Assembly: GCF_004010195.1 (NCBI RefSeq)
Contig: NC_057719.1
Coordinates: 26,812,418-26,876,417, forward strand
Direction of reading: 5' to 3'
Source of the DNA: Chiloscyllium plagiosum
Taxonomy: Eukaryota
Length of the DNA stretch: 64,000 nt
Shown here: piece by piece, positions 25,402 through 38,283 of the stretch
Numbering within the stretch: position 1 is the first letter of the stretch
Layout: each line of letters starts with the position of its first letter
Notes under the pieces: generated by a model
The model's database searches: none
Told to the model about the DNA's origin: nothing
What the model saw: the letters and a program-made list of their open reading frames with translations, nothing else
Position numbers and translations under genes: made by a program

Positions 25402-25522
25402 TGTCACGCAGACACGGGGAGAATGTGCAAACTCCACACAGACAGTTGCCTGAGGCGGGAATTGAACCCAGGTCTCTGGCGCTGTGAGGCAGCAGTGCTA
25501 ACCACTATGCCACTGTGCCGAT
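25402..25522 (-). mobile_element. HE1 SINE 5' half at the site of the protease deletion
   Basis: A/B-box tRNA head; no SINE tail. Confidence 0.85.
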
Positions 25523-26460
25523 GCCCACTTTCTAACAGTGAAAACACCTGAGGTGTTTCACCTCCTTTCCACACTCTTGGGCTTCTTTTTATCCTGTGGT
25601 TGATTCTTGCCAGTGCTCTCTACTCTTGGTTTCATAGTGTAGGATCTCCTCTTCTTCCAACTTCTATCCCTCACAGGATGAAATGCTGGCCAGAAGCTTG
25701 TCTTATGCACCAACATGTATTTATCTGCTAATTCTGCTGCCCTTCTTACTTCCTGAACATTCTGTTTATCCATGTGAATTCTTACCATCTTTGGAAGTGA
25801 GATTTTAAATTCTTCCAGCAGAATAATCTCTCATAGACCCTCAACGGCCCTGTCTATTTTCAAACCACGTACCCATCTATCAAAATGACTACATTTAACT
25901 CTTTTGAACTCAACGTAAGTCTGACCTTTCTCTTTATTTGTGTTTCTAAACCACTGTCTATGTGCTTCTGGTACCAATTCATAAGCACTTAAAATAGCCT
26001 GTTTAACCTTTTCATAATCTCTTGACTCCTCATCTAACAATGTGGAAAATACCTCACTAGCTCTGCCTACCCGTTTAGTCTGAACTAGCATTGCCCATAA
26101 ATCCTTGGACCACTCCATCTGCCTGGCCAATTTTTCAAATGAAGTAAAGAAGGATTCAACATCTTTCTCATCAAAATGTGGCAGAGTTTAGACATATTTG
26201 TATATATCACTATCTTCTCTTTTCCTATCCATCCTGTTAACTTGACTTTGCTGACTAATTCGCAATTTCTTAAGCTCAGCTAAGAACCTTCTCTCTCTTT
26301 CTTTTTTCTGTCTCTCTCTTTCTCCCTTCCATTCTTCTCTGTCTTTCTTTCTCCCTTTATTCTCTCTCTCTTTGCTCAGCCAAGAAACTTCTCCCTCTCT
26401 CTTTTTAGTCTCTCTCTCTCTTTCTCTTTCCCTCACCCTTTGTTTATCTTTTAACTCCAT
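25520..26460 (-). pseudogene. gag remnant (coiled-coil, SCAN-like capsid, start of zinc knuckle)
   Basis: GRASEVFSTL...DYEKVKQAILSAYELVPEAHRQWFR...HFDRW; AAELADKY; CFHC*KVGH at ~25520-25550. Confidence 0.8.
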
Positions 26461-26830
26461 TTATCTCATTATAATTTAAGTTTTTCTACCTCTACTGCAC
26501 TTGTCTGTTTCTCTGATACACCTAAGTGCTTGAGTAACTCCCTTACAATTTCAGCTTTACTTTTGTCCTTGGTTAAACCCAAATTTAACTTATTTGCTCT
26601 TTCATTCCTTCTAAACATTCTTGGTGAATTTGAGAAGCATCTTCAATCCCAGAACCTCTTTAGCAATTTTAAGGGCCATTTCTCTCATTTTTAATTTAAT
26701 CAACCACAAGTCACCAAAATTAAACAAATTGTCTCACCTACATTTTATTTAAAGATCTTGGACCCTAACCTGCAAGTGTTTAAATCTGCTGGGATTTTTT
26801 TGTACCCCAAATTTGTCTAAACCAGTTCAA

Positions 26831-26848
26831 ATCCTGGATGCGCCCCTA
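26831..26848 (-). promoter_or_regulatory. Primer-binding site, tRNA-Pro-like (degenerate)
   Basis: TAGGGGCGCATCCAGGAT versus canonical TGGGGGCTCGTCCGGGAT, directly after the 5'LTR. Confidence 0.7.
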
Positions 26849-27569
26849 AACTTTTACATCATGGGGTAAACCCTCCTGCTTAATTTAAACCAGCAATACA
26901 GAAAGGATTTATCTCATGCAGTAAAATGTGAAAATTCAAAAGGCCAAGAACTATTTAAAGGAAGAATTAACTTTATTTCTTAAAGTATAACAGAGAATAA
27001 TTTACTGACAAGTATTTACAACTCCATCCTCTCACCTATATTTTACCTTCCCCTTCTACAATACTAGTCTGATAAATCCCCCTGATTAAAATTTATCAAA
27101 AATGCAAATTTTCAAAACTAGCTAGATATCAAATCTTCTCTTTATATCTTCTTCGGTCTTCTTTTCTTCTTCTTAGGGATTTCTGTTTCACAGGTTACTG
27201 ATCAATAAAGGTAACTTTAAGAGAGCTATTTCTCAGGCAGTCTCTACATGCAGGTGGTGTGGCAGTTCTCCTCCCAACTGTTCAATTGTCCCCGATCTTA
27301 TACCCCCAAAGCATTAGATTGTGTCATTGGATTTTAAGATTGTCAATATACTAAATTCAAACTTGATTGGAGTTTGGTATTTTTGGGGTAAAATTTAAAC
27401 TGATTGACCTAATTCAAATCTGTTTTTGTCTCCAGGCAACCACTACCCTAGAGAACACTTGGTGCTGTCAGGTAGTTCTGCTAGCTTTTAACTCTCTTAA
27501 AGATACAGTACACTTACATCATCATAACAGTAGCCTAGCCCCTAACATTTTCTTTTGTTTTAGGCAGAT

Positions 27570-28073
27570 GTATATGTGGATATTCTAGGAGTGATGTAGC
27601 TGGTCAAACCACTCAGAACAGAGTTTATTAAAACAGTACGGATGAAACACAAGGAAAAGAAAACAGAATTTAGTCTAACTTAACTTATTTGATAACCCAA
27701 CTGTTACTATATCACAACTTAATAAAGCTCTTCCAAACCCTGCAACATCCTGTAAACACACCCTTGGCAAAATAAAATTCAAGCACAGGTTCTTACAGGC
27801 AGGAGTTTTCAGAGAGAACATTCAGGCAAGACCTCTGTTGAAGGATGGAACCTCTTTTCACTGTTGCTGCTTGTCTAGGTCCCCAGCAGTTTTTTTTTGA
27901 CTGCCTGCTAAAACTAAACCAAACTAGAAAAAAAACCTGACTGGGAGAACTGGCTACACCCCTACTATTGTTCAAACTAACCATTTCTAGACAAATCAGT
28001 ACCTCTGCCTTTGCTACCCCTCTTGAAAAAAGCCAATGACAACCTAACCTTGTTAAAGGAGCAGTATCATCAC
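27570..28073. mobile_element. Probable LTR of another family
   Basis: Ends ATCACA, has TTTATT (minus-strand polyA signal) and LTR-like composition; no partner copy found. Confidence 0.4.
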
Positions 28074-28883
28074 AATCATAAGATATTTCCAAGCCAGAAA
28101 AATATTTTACTTGGAGGAGAATTTTTAGTGGTGATCTTTTCATTCATCTGCAGTCTTGTTTCTCTAGGTGGTAGAGGTTGTTGGGGGTGTGGGCATCTGG
28201 AAGCTGTCAAAAGAGACTCGGCAATTTGCTGCATCTTGTGGATGGTCCTCACTACTGCCACCATGCGGCACTTATGGATGGAGTGAGCATTTGAGGTGCA
28301 GAACAAGAAACTAATCAAATCAGATTAGTTCTGATTTGCTAACATTGATATTCATGAGGTTGGCACAATTAGGTTTCTGGTCAATGACAACCCCTGGGAT
28401 ATTGATGGTGAGTGATTCAGCACTGGCAATGCCATTGAACATCAACTGAATTCTTTATTATTGAGGATGGTCATTTTCTGGAACTTGTGAATCATACCTG
28501 TTACTTATCACTTATCGACCCAAGCCTGAATATTGTTCACCCAGGTTTTGTTACATTGCAGAACTGGATCTCCTGCAGAGATGACCTGCAGCTGAGATGA
28601 TTGGTTGTCAAGAACTTGTTGTGATTACACTAATTGACTCTAATCAATGGAGAGTATTGATGTTAATTCCCAATGATTTTAATTTTGCGAAGGCTCTTGG
28701 ATGTCACATTGGATCCAATGTTGCCTTGACATCAAGGGCAGTCACTCTTGCTTCACCTCTAGAATTCAGCTCTTCTGTTCTCATTTGGTCCAAGACCATA
28801 ATTAGTCAAAAGCTGAATGACCCTGGTGGAACCCTATCTGATTATCTTTGAGCAGGTTATTGCTGTGCGAGTGTAGTTTGACA

Positions 28884-29402
28884 CGTCTCCTTCCCATCAG
28901 AAAGATGTTGTGAAACTTGAAAGAGTTCAGAAAAGATTGACAAGGATGTTGCCAGGGTTAGAGGATTTGAGATATCGGGAGAGGTTGAATAGGTTAGGGC
29001 TGTTTTCCCTGGACGTCGGAGGCTGAGGGGTGACCTTATAGAGATTTATAAAATCATGAGGGGCATGGACAGCATAAATAGACAAAGTCTTTTCCCTGGG
29101 ATGGGGGAGAACTAGAGGGCATGGGTTCAGTGTGAGAGGGGAAAGATATAAAAGATACCGAAGAGGCAACCTTTTCATGCAGAGGGTGGTACGTGTATTG
29201 AAAGAGCTGCTAGAGGAAGTGGTGGAAGCTAGTACAATTACAACATTTAAGAGGCATCTGAATGGGTATATGAATAGAAAAGATTTGTAGGGATATGGGC
29301 TGGGTGCTGGCAGGTGGGACTAGATTGGGTTGGGATATCTGGTCAGCATGGACGAGTTGGACTGAAGGGTCTGTTTCTGTGCTGTACATCTCTATGACTC
29401 TG
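28884..29402 (+). mobile_element. CR1 3' end
   Basis: KDVVKLERVQKRLTRMLPG; CTATGACTCTG tail; similar to 10930-11463. Confidence 0.9.
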
Positions 29403-29854
29403 TCAGTACCATCAATGATGCTTCCATCACCTTTTTGATGACAGAGAGAGTCAATCGGCAGTAATTGGCTGGGATTGGATTTGTCCTGCTTTTTCTGGAC
29501 AGAACTTTAGTTTAGGCTCACAAAGATTGCTTTGTTATCAAAGGACATGAACCCATGAACCCACTTCCTGACCATATGATAGATAAATTGTTGATGAAAA
29601 CACTGAAGATGTTTGAGCCTAGGAAAAGTAATACTGTGAGCTGTAATGAGCCATTTTGAAAACAAAAACACTGAAAGAGAATTTTTCTGGTACTCCCTCT
29701 GAATGCTTGTTCAGTAGTTCAGCACAAAAAGGGTAAGTACAAAATCTTTAGGAGTGGTGGATAAAACTTTGTACCCTTCCCATTGACTGCTTGCTCCTTG
29801 ATGACCATTGTCTCAGATTAGGCCAAACCGTTTGCAAACTTGGAGCCATTTTGA

Positions 29855-30290
29855 GTTCTGGTAGAGGTTGTAGAAAAACATTGCCAGGGTGGGATGGATC
29901 TTTGAGAATGCTGACGGCCTTTCCTTGACAGCGGGCCTGGTAGATGGATTCTATAGATGGGAGGTCGACCTTTGTGATTGTCCGGGCCGAGTTCACCACT
30001 CTCTGTAACCGTCTCCGATCTTGAATGGTACAGTTGCCATACCAGGTTGTGATACATCCAGACAAAATGCTCTTGATGGCGCACCTATAAAAATTTGCAA
30101 GGATATTCGCCATCATGCCAAATTTCCTCAGCATCCCCGTGAAGAGTCCAAGAAAGCTTGTTGTGGATATCCACTCCGAGAAGCTTGACACTCTCCACTC
30201 GTTCCACCTCTGTGCTGTTGATGTGTAGGGGGCTTGAGTAACATCCCGCCAAAAGTCAATAATGAGTTTCTTGGTTTTGTTGGCACTGAG
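29855..30290 (-). mobile_element. Rex1/Babar LINE RT C-terminal fragment
   Basis: NKTKKLIIDFWR...FYRCAIKSILSGCITTWYGNCT...RLQRVV...ILKDPSHPG...LP. Confidence 0.85.
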
Positions 30291-30989
30291 CACTACGACC
30301 GATCTTCAGACTGTTCTGAGGGAGGATCGCTGAAACTGGGCACGGTGGCCCAGTGGTTAGCACTGATCGCTGAAACTAAAATGTTAAGTCTACTTTCTTT
30401 CCACAGATGCTGCAAGACCTGCTGTGTTTTCCCAGCAATTTCTGTTTTTGTTTCTGATTTTCAGCATCCACAGTTTTTTTTTGTTGAAAATAGTATCCCT
30501 GTCTTTGCAACTTCATAATTTGATAGGTCCAATTTAAATAAAAACAAAACGCTATGAATACTGGAAATCTGAAATAAAAGTGAAAACTACTAGAAATAAT
30601 AACTTTGTCAGCATCATTGGAGAGAGAAACATAGTTAACATTTTGAATTGTACATGACCCTTCTTCAGAACTGAAAGAAGGTAGAAATCTGATAAGTTTT
30701 ATGCATTGGAAGGAGGGACAAAGTTAGAAGAACAAAAGTCAAAGTGTAGTTTGAAAATAAGAGACAGTAAGTGACAAGGATATTAAGCAACAAAGGGCGT
30801 GGAATGAGTTTTAAAAGAACTAAAGCACTTATCAAAAGTGAGTGTGAATTGCAGAATAATGAATAGCTGTTTCTGAAACAGGAAAAACGAGATTCAGACT
30901 AGCACAAGACAAAGAAACAGAATCAAATTGAGAGACAAAGTTCATGGTCTGAAATTGTTGAACTTGATGTTGAGTTCACGTAGGTATCA

Positions 30990-32645
30990 ATGATATAGAT
31001 AGAAAGAGGAAAGAGGTTCTAATGAGGGAATATGAGTAGCTAGGGGCTAAATTAAAAAGCAGAACCAAAAAGATTATAATCTCTGGATTACTACATGGAG
31101 GGGCAAACTAATTGTGACTGGATCAACAAGATTAAAGAGGTAAGTGTGTGGTAAATGTGTGGGAGAAACAGGTTTGAATTTATGGGACATTGGCACTAGT
31201 ACCAGGGAAGGAGGGAGCTGCTCGGATGGTACACACTGAATCTCACTGGGACCACAATCCTGGCGTGTCACATAACTAAGGCTGTGGATAGGGTTTAAAC
31301 TAAATGGGGGTGGGGTGGGGTGTGTAAGTGTTCAGTTCCATCAAAAATTGTGGGATTAGTTAAAACGGGAGTGGGCTCAGCAGCACTTATTAAAGTTTCC
31401 AGATCAAATAGTGGACTGGAGAGTATGAAAGGGTCAGGAATCTAACTTTAGGTACAGCACATAAGCGGCCAACTATGAGAAGTGGGGCAGTCAACACAAG
31501 ACTAGGGGTGTTGCATTTAAATGCACACAGTGTATGAAACAAGATAAATGAGCTTATAGCGCAGATTGAAAATGGCAGTTCTGACATTATGGGCATCACA
31601 GAGATGTGGCCACAAGGAGATTGGGGGCTGGGAACTAAGTATCCAAAGAAACACTTCTTATCAAAAGGACAGGCAGATGGACAGAGGAGGGGGTTGTCAC
31701 GTTTCTAAGAAATGAAATTAAGTCAATACCAGAAGTGCTGTAGAGTCAGAAAGCGAAGTTGGTAGAGTTGAGGAATCACAAAGGAAAAATAGACAATAGG
31801 TGCAGGAGTAGGCCATTCTGCCCTTCGAGAAAAATGATCCCGATGGCAGTAGTTAGGATAGTGGACAGCCAATGGCTCAGAGGTTAGCACTGTTGCCTCA
31901 CAGCACCAGGAAGCCAGCTTCAATTCCAGTTTTAGGTGACTGTATGGAGTTTGCATGTTCTCTCCATATCTGCATGGATTTTTATCGGGTACCCTTGTTT
32001 CCTCCTGAATCCCCAAAGTCTGCCCACTATCTACTAGACAGAAGTCAGGAATGTGATGGAATGTTCCCCACTTGCCAACAACACTTAAGAAGCTTGTGAC
32101 CATCCAGAAAAAATACAGCTCACTTGTTTGGCACCACATACATAAGCATTAACTCCCTCCATCATTGATGCACAATAGCAGCAGCGTGTACTATTCATAA
32201 AACACACTGCAGAAATTCACCAAGGCTTCAAAACCCAAAGGAACTACCATCTTGAAGGGCAGGGAATGTGATATATGGGAACTACCACCTACAGTCCAAA
32301 GATATGCAGGTTGGGGGATTTGCCATGCTAAACTGCCCCATAATGTCTGGGAATGTGTCGGCTAGGTGGGTTAGCTATGGTAAATACAGGGTTACAGGGA
32401 AAGGGTTGGGGGCTAGATCTGGGTGGGATGATCTGGGTGGTCTTTGATTGTTTGAATGGCTTCTTTCCACATTGTAGGGATTCTATGATTCTGTGTGAGG
32501 AAGAAATTAAAACAGGATATAGAAAATGCATATAAGAAAGGTGCCATTACTATAATCATGAGATCTTCGATGTGCAAGTGTATTGGGAAAATCTGACTGA
32601 TAGCGGATCTCAAGTAAAGGAATTTGTGAAATGTGTGCAAGATGG
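30990..32645 (+). mobile_element. Old CR1 (ORF1 SGNH-esterase end + APE start) with nested insertions
   Basis: DGxHLN-like motif at ~31225, LNAHSV, IMGITEMW, VELRNHKG; contains a SINE (31870-32492) that is itself split by a LINE fragment (~32015-32290). Confidence 0.7.
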
Positions 32646-32649
32646 TTGT

Positions 32650-32880
32650 GAAGATATCTCCACCACATGACAAGCTTCATGAAGACCTTGGACTCTTTGA
32701 ATGATATCAATAGCTGTTGAATTGTAGAAAGTAGATACTTCGCTAGGAAGATTGTTTTGTTGACAGCTTCAAGGTCAATACATAGTCTAATATCATAATG
32801 TTGCGTTGTGTCATGACTAGGCTTGAAATCCATGGTGTTGAGCCAATTCACTCAATACTCACCTGCTTCTATAGCATGAG
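32650..32880 (-). mobile_element. Isolated Gypsy RT fragment
   Basis: IRLCIDLEAVNKTIF...LSTIQQLL...SKVFMKL. Confidence 0.7.
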
Positions 32881-32884
32881 TATG

Positions 32885-33755
32885 ACCTGGACAATTTTGA
32901 GGCTTAGGCCAACAAGTGACCAAGTAAGCATTCACACCACATAAAGTCAAGCAATGACCTTCTCCAAAAGGAGAGGGTCATTGACATATATACACCATTA
33001 TCCATTGACATATATTGGTATTACCATCACAGAATCCCCCACTATCAACACTCTGAGTGTCACCATTTACTAGAAACTGAACTAGACTAGCCATATAAAT
33101 ACTGTGGCTACAAGAGCAGGTCAGAGGGTAGAAATCCTGAAATGTGTAAATCATTTCCTGAATTCCCAAAGTCTGTTCACAATCTACAAGGCAGAAGTTA
33201 GGAGAGTGATGGAATGCTCCCCACTTGCCAACAACACTCAAGAAGCTTGACATCATCCAGGACAAACCAGCCCACTTATTGGCACCACATCCATTTAAAT
33301 AAACATCCAATCCTACCATCACTAATGCACAGGAGCAGCAACGTGTGCTCCCCACTTGCCAACAACACTCAAGAAGCTTGACATCATCCAGGACAAACCA
33401 GCCCACGTATTGGCACCACATCCATAAACATCCAATCCTACCATCACTAATGCACAGGAGCAGCAACGTGTACCATCTACAGGAAGCAATAAGAAATTCA
33501 CCAAGGCTTCAAAGACAGCATCCTTAAAACCCACAGGCACTACTATCTAGAAGGACAGGGCAGTAGACATATGGTAACATTACCATTGCAAGTTCTCCTT
33601 GAGACCACTCACCATCTTAATGTGGAAAGATATTATCATTCATTCACAGTCATTGGAACAAAATCCTGGAATTCACTTCCTAGCAGCATTTTGTGTCTAC
33701 TTACACCAAATGGACTATTCACTCAAGAAGCCTGCTCACCACTTCAAATAAGCTA
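32885..33755 (+). mobile_element. CR1/L2-clade LINE 3' part with internal tandem duplication
   Basis: Homologous to 5880-6065 and 32015-32290; duplicated unit at 33215-33470. Confidence 0.75.
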
Positions 33756-33965
33756 AGTGGATTGGTTTTGGAACATTGCCTGGAAGTGTTGTGGGGCAGT
33801 TTCAACTGAAGTATTTAAAAGAGCATTGGATGATTATTTAAATGGAAACAATGTATACAGTTATGATGAGATAACAAGAATTTGTCACTAAGTTTAAAAT
33901 GCTCAGAGTCAATGCAGATACAATGGGCTGAATAGCCTCCTTTGGACTGTAATAATTCTGTGATT

Positions 33966-36900
33966 CTGGTTTAGAGTGGCAATTGCTTGCTTAACTGCTG
34001 ACTGAACAAATGAAGAATAAGATGGAGACTTCGTAGACAGAAGTGTCACATGTTGTAATGCCATCTAGCTGTCTTTAAGGTATGGTGCCTTTCTGAGATT
34101 TGTGCAATAATAAATCATCTCCCTTTTCCATCTGACGAATGGAAAACCTGTTCTAAGAAATATATACACCGATGCACATCAGCACATTATTTTCACATGT
34201 TAAAATCATTTTTTGGCGTATTAGATCTAATACAATATGACTAGATCTAATTCTTAAATTTATGGTCCAGCTTCTGTCTGTATTATGTGCTTGTTGTTGT
34301 GGGTGATGTGTCTTATGCATTGTAGGTGCTTGGTTACTGTCCATTTTAAATTTTCAGTGTCAGCTTTATTATCTTGTATGTCAGACAGATGGTTGTGTAC
34401 AACTCAGATATGTCACCTGTTTTGTGGGTCAGCTATTGTTTGTGACAAAGTTATGCAACTTGGTCTGGAAACAGTCTTGTACTATCTCTCCATTGACCCA
34501 TATATTCATAAGAAGATCTCAAACTCTGGTACTTTGACTGTTTGAAATTGGATGTATAGTCTGTATGCTTATTGGTCATATTCTTGATTGTTTTTATCTT
34601 CTTTCCAACAATGTGTGCAGATTGTTGAATAGCAGGAGCATATGATAAAAGTGAGTCTGTCTTCCAAAATTAGAAGTGTTATTGACAGTAACCATTGTCT
34701 TCAGGAGTAAAATGTAAATTTAAAAAATTTTCCCAAGCAATTTTGCATTTAACGATAATAGACTTCATCAAACAAGCAGTGTATCCTGGTGAGTTCATTA
34801 AATTGAGGGTAGTGAGGTAAGGTATTAAGTATGCCACTTACTGCACACACATTGGAAGGGTACACTTGTGTAGTGAACACCATAGAGGGATACCAAACAT
34901 ACTTAATGGTTAATGTGTCAAAAGGTGTTTCACAAATGGTATCTATGATTTGCCTCATGAAGGGAAATTTGGTGAAATAATCAGTCATTAGATGCAGTTT
35001 TATAGAGTCAGAAAGTCACAGAGTCACAGAGTTATACAGCATGGAAACAGATCCTTCTGTACCGACTAGATATCCTGGACTGATCTATTCCCATTGCCAG
35101 CATTTGGCCCATATCATTCTTGTACATGGAAAGTTTCAATTTTGCACTTTGATTTAGATTTAGATTTAGATTTAGATTACAGTGTGGAAACAGGCCCTTC
35201 GGCCCAACAAGTCCACACCGACCCGCCGAAGCGAAACCCACCCATACCCCTACATTTACCCCTTACCTAACACTACAGGCAATTTAGTATGGCCAATTCA
35301 CCTGACCCTGCACATCTTTGGATGGTGGGAGGAAACTGGCCCGGGTCTCTGGCGCTGTGAGGCAGCAGTGCTAACCACTGTGCCACCGTGCCGCCCACGA
35401 AGGAATTTCATGTGTATGAAAGGTCCTCTTGATTCTTGAGGTTGATAAAGCTAATGTGTTTTGAGCAGTAGATCGATGTCTTTATTGATGCTGGACCGAT
35501 TGATTCATGTGTCAATTTCTTGGCATTGTTCTGTGTCCATGTGACCTATGTGTATATGGTCAAGCATATCTCAATGCAGAGCTTGTGGAATGCCTTTAAA
35601 ATGACATCGTTTGTGCATCTTGGTAGGATTGTGTCTAATATTAGTTGGAAGTTCCCTTGATCCTTAGAAGTTCATTCAACATTTTTTCCTGTTGAAATCG
35701 AAGCCTGCTTTTTCTTGCTGCTTCAATGCGCTGGTGAAGATTTGTGTCATATTTATGTAAACTATGATGCAGAGACATCTTGGTAGATTCTCTATGTATG
35801 ATTCATATGTTGTCAGAATTTATCCTGGCTAACAGAAAATGCAAATGGTAGTCTGAGAATACAGTATCTGCCAAAAGGAATTCTGAAAGTCTCCGGTTCC
35901 TATTTCTCTCGGAAAGATATATGGATAAATATCCATTCTTGGCATCAAGCTTAGAAAAATACTTTTGTGCCTGAAAATTTGGGTTTGAGCATTTCTGAGG
36001 TTGGAATGATGGGTGATTATCTTTTCTGTGTAATGTTTAGTTGTCTTGTCTTAAACATATATGTTCTTCAAAACACAAGTAATAGAAGCCCAATGTCGTG
36101 AATGACATTGTTTTGTTCCCATGAAATTCACTTCCAGTTAGGGATGATCCTGAATATGAATATTGCACTTGCAAGGAGGGCCAATGCTACATTGAGCATC
36201 CTCTTTCAGTTGTAATACTGCATCACTTTTAAAATTGCCAATCTGGGAATGCTGATAAACCAAAGATAGAAGGCTCTGCTGTATCCATGATGTTAAAATG
36301 TTTCAGGGGTCTATTCCAAGGGGTCATATTAATATTAAAGATGGATAACAACAATTAACGGAATTTCAGACCTTTTCTAAACAGTTAATTTAACATGTGT
36401 AGACCGCGCTACATGGTGCCAGTTTTCCAACTCAATCTTACATAAGATGCATATTTTTCCCAATGTGAATCTTGGTATATAATGCATGTTGTTCATTCCT
36501 TTCAGGGTGTGTCATTTGGATAGACATAAAGACTTCACTTTTCCAGATGTGCCCATGCGGTGTGTCAAATTGACCATGCTTACTGTCTGACTGGATTCTG
36601 AAAGTTGTAATGTTGCAATAAGCTGTAATTTGTTGAAGTGCCTGCATACCATGGAAGGATGTTTAGAATTATCAGTACCATTTCTCCTTGTTTTGCTATG
36701 GCTATGGAGAACTGTGGCAGACACTGGGGATTTGAACATCTTCGCGGACTTGAACATCTTGCAAAATTTAGCTCATTTGAGATCTGGTAGGTGAGACAAT
36801 CCACATTTCATGCATGACTTGGACGTTGTTGATGGCTGCAACTGTAGTTGCAGAGACCAGCACATGTGGAATGCTGTTGTCCTGCTAGAATTGTTTCAAA

Positions 36901-38283
36901 CATTCTTTTAATGCACCAAAAGTTTAATCTTTAGGTTTGTCCAGAAATGCTTTTCAGCGAAAAATAAAACATGTAGAGGAAATGACTAGTTCCATCTGCC
37001 TTTCAGCTAAATTAACTTCAGTGAAATCACATTCTGTACCGTTGTGTTGATATCTGTCTACAAATTGGTCAATATCTTTGTCTGTTTGACACGTTCTCAA
37101 GACTTTGAATTCTAAAATTGACTCTAAGCCTGTTGCTTTTCTAGAACTTGAACCGTTTTGTTTTGATATTTAGTCATTGATAGAAATGCTGGACATTTCA
37201 TTTTTTGCATTTCGTAATTCCCCAAGGCAATATGAATTTTGTATCCTGTTTTTCTTTGTGATGTTATGATAAGGATTCATTCTTTCATTGAATAACTAGA
37301 GTTTGGACAGAATTTCACCGGAATGCCAGTCCATATACTGATGGTTGCTTTCCATTCTTATTGTGTATTTTGTGCTCTTTACACATGGTCAAAGAAAAAT
37401 AATCTGTTTTGCTGTGTGAAGCTTCTGTTCTTTTTGCCTTGAATCCTCTCCTATCCCGAATGCTGCATTAGAGATTGTAGCTTTAAAAAATAGTGGGCTT
37501 ATCATAGCAAAACAGGATGGTGTGACATCGCCTTTCTTAGTTTTGCACAATTTGCAAGGAGCAAGCTGATGAAATTAACCAACCTCTGGATGCAGCTAAG
37601 GTTTTTTAAAGGTATAGAAAGATGTTTTTCAATGTTCTTACCTGTATTTTGCTCTGAGTATTTTTCAAAGCTGAAGCCATTCTTTCAGCACATTGAAACT
37701 GCTGTTCTTGTTTTAAAGAGAAAAAGCATACTCGCAAACATTTCTTGTTTTATTACAATTGTAAACTTCAGCATTGGTTATTAAGTGTTACTTCAGCCCT
37801 GAAACTGGACTTCTGATGGGTAATAATTAGGAAAACAATTCTTCACAATTTCATTGTTGAAATCTTTTTCCTAGCCTTTGGCACAAACTTGCTGTCACCA
37901 GTTTCTAGTACTTGATTGCTGCCAGTTATCCCTACGACCACCATGATATGCCTATGGTTTTCTATATTTTAGCTCATGTAACATATGCCTCAGATAGTCG
38001 AATTTGTATTGAATCAGATATCTAGTGATGTTATTAACAACTAATTATATACACTAATTTGATATCTCAGACATATATAATGTCTGCAGGTTATATGCTT
38101 ATTGTGTTTACTGTTATAGTATATACATTGTTGACTGGTTGATTGTTTGCTTAACTGCTGACAGATTGAAGGCAGAGTAAGATAGAGACTTCTTACGCTA
38201 GGGTGTCAATACATCATGATGTCATCTAGCTGTTTTAAAATTATAGTGCCTTTCTGATAATGTGCAATAATGCACTATCCTCC
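33966..38283 (-). mobile_element. Ancient canonical Gypsy provirus (gag-RT-IN order), heavily decayed
   Basis: Diverged direct repeats ~33980-34115 and ~38140-38275; PBS-like TGGTGGTCGTAGG ending at 37943; FSKLDAK and TFRIPFGRYCILRLPF (~35830-35960); TDYFTKFP (~34980). Confidence 0.75.
35150..35397 (-). mobile_element. HE1 SINE (internally deleted) with (TTTAGA)n tail
   Basis: Intact head GGGCGGCACGGTGGCACAGTGGTTAGC; body near-identical to 6822-6991. Confidence 0.88.

Larger units (their letters stand above)
21961..27529 (-). mobile_element. Gmr1-type Ty3/Gypsy LTR retrotransposon (gag-IN-RT-RH), decayed
   Basis: 5'LTR ~26852-27529 and truncated 3'LTR 21961-22385 are highly similar; PBS at 26831-26848; PPT at ~22386-22395; internal domains listed below. 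Confidence 0.9.

Noticed and set aside
26188..26460. E/R/K-rich ORF as a coiled-coil host protein
   Set aside because: (GA)-rich gag N-terminal part of the Gypsy element.
29748..30293. 181-aa ORF as a host gene
   Set aside because: Rex1/Babar RT C-terminus reading into flanking DNA.
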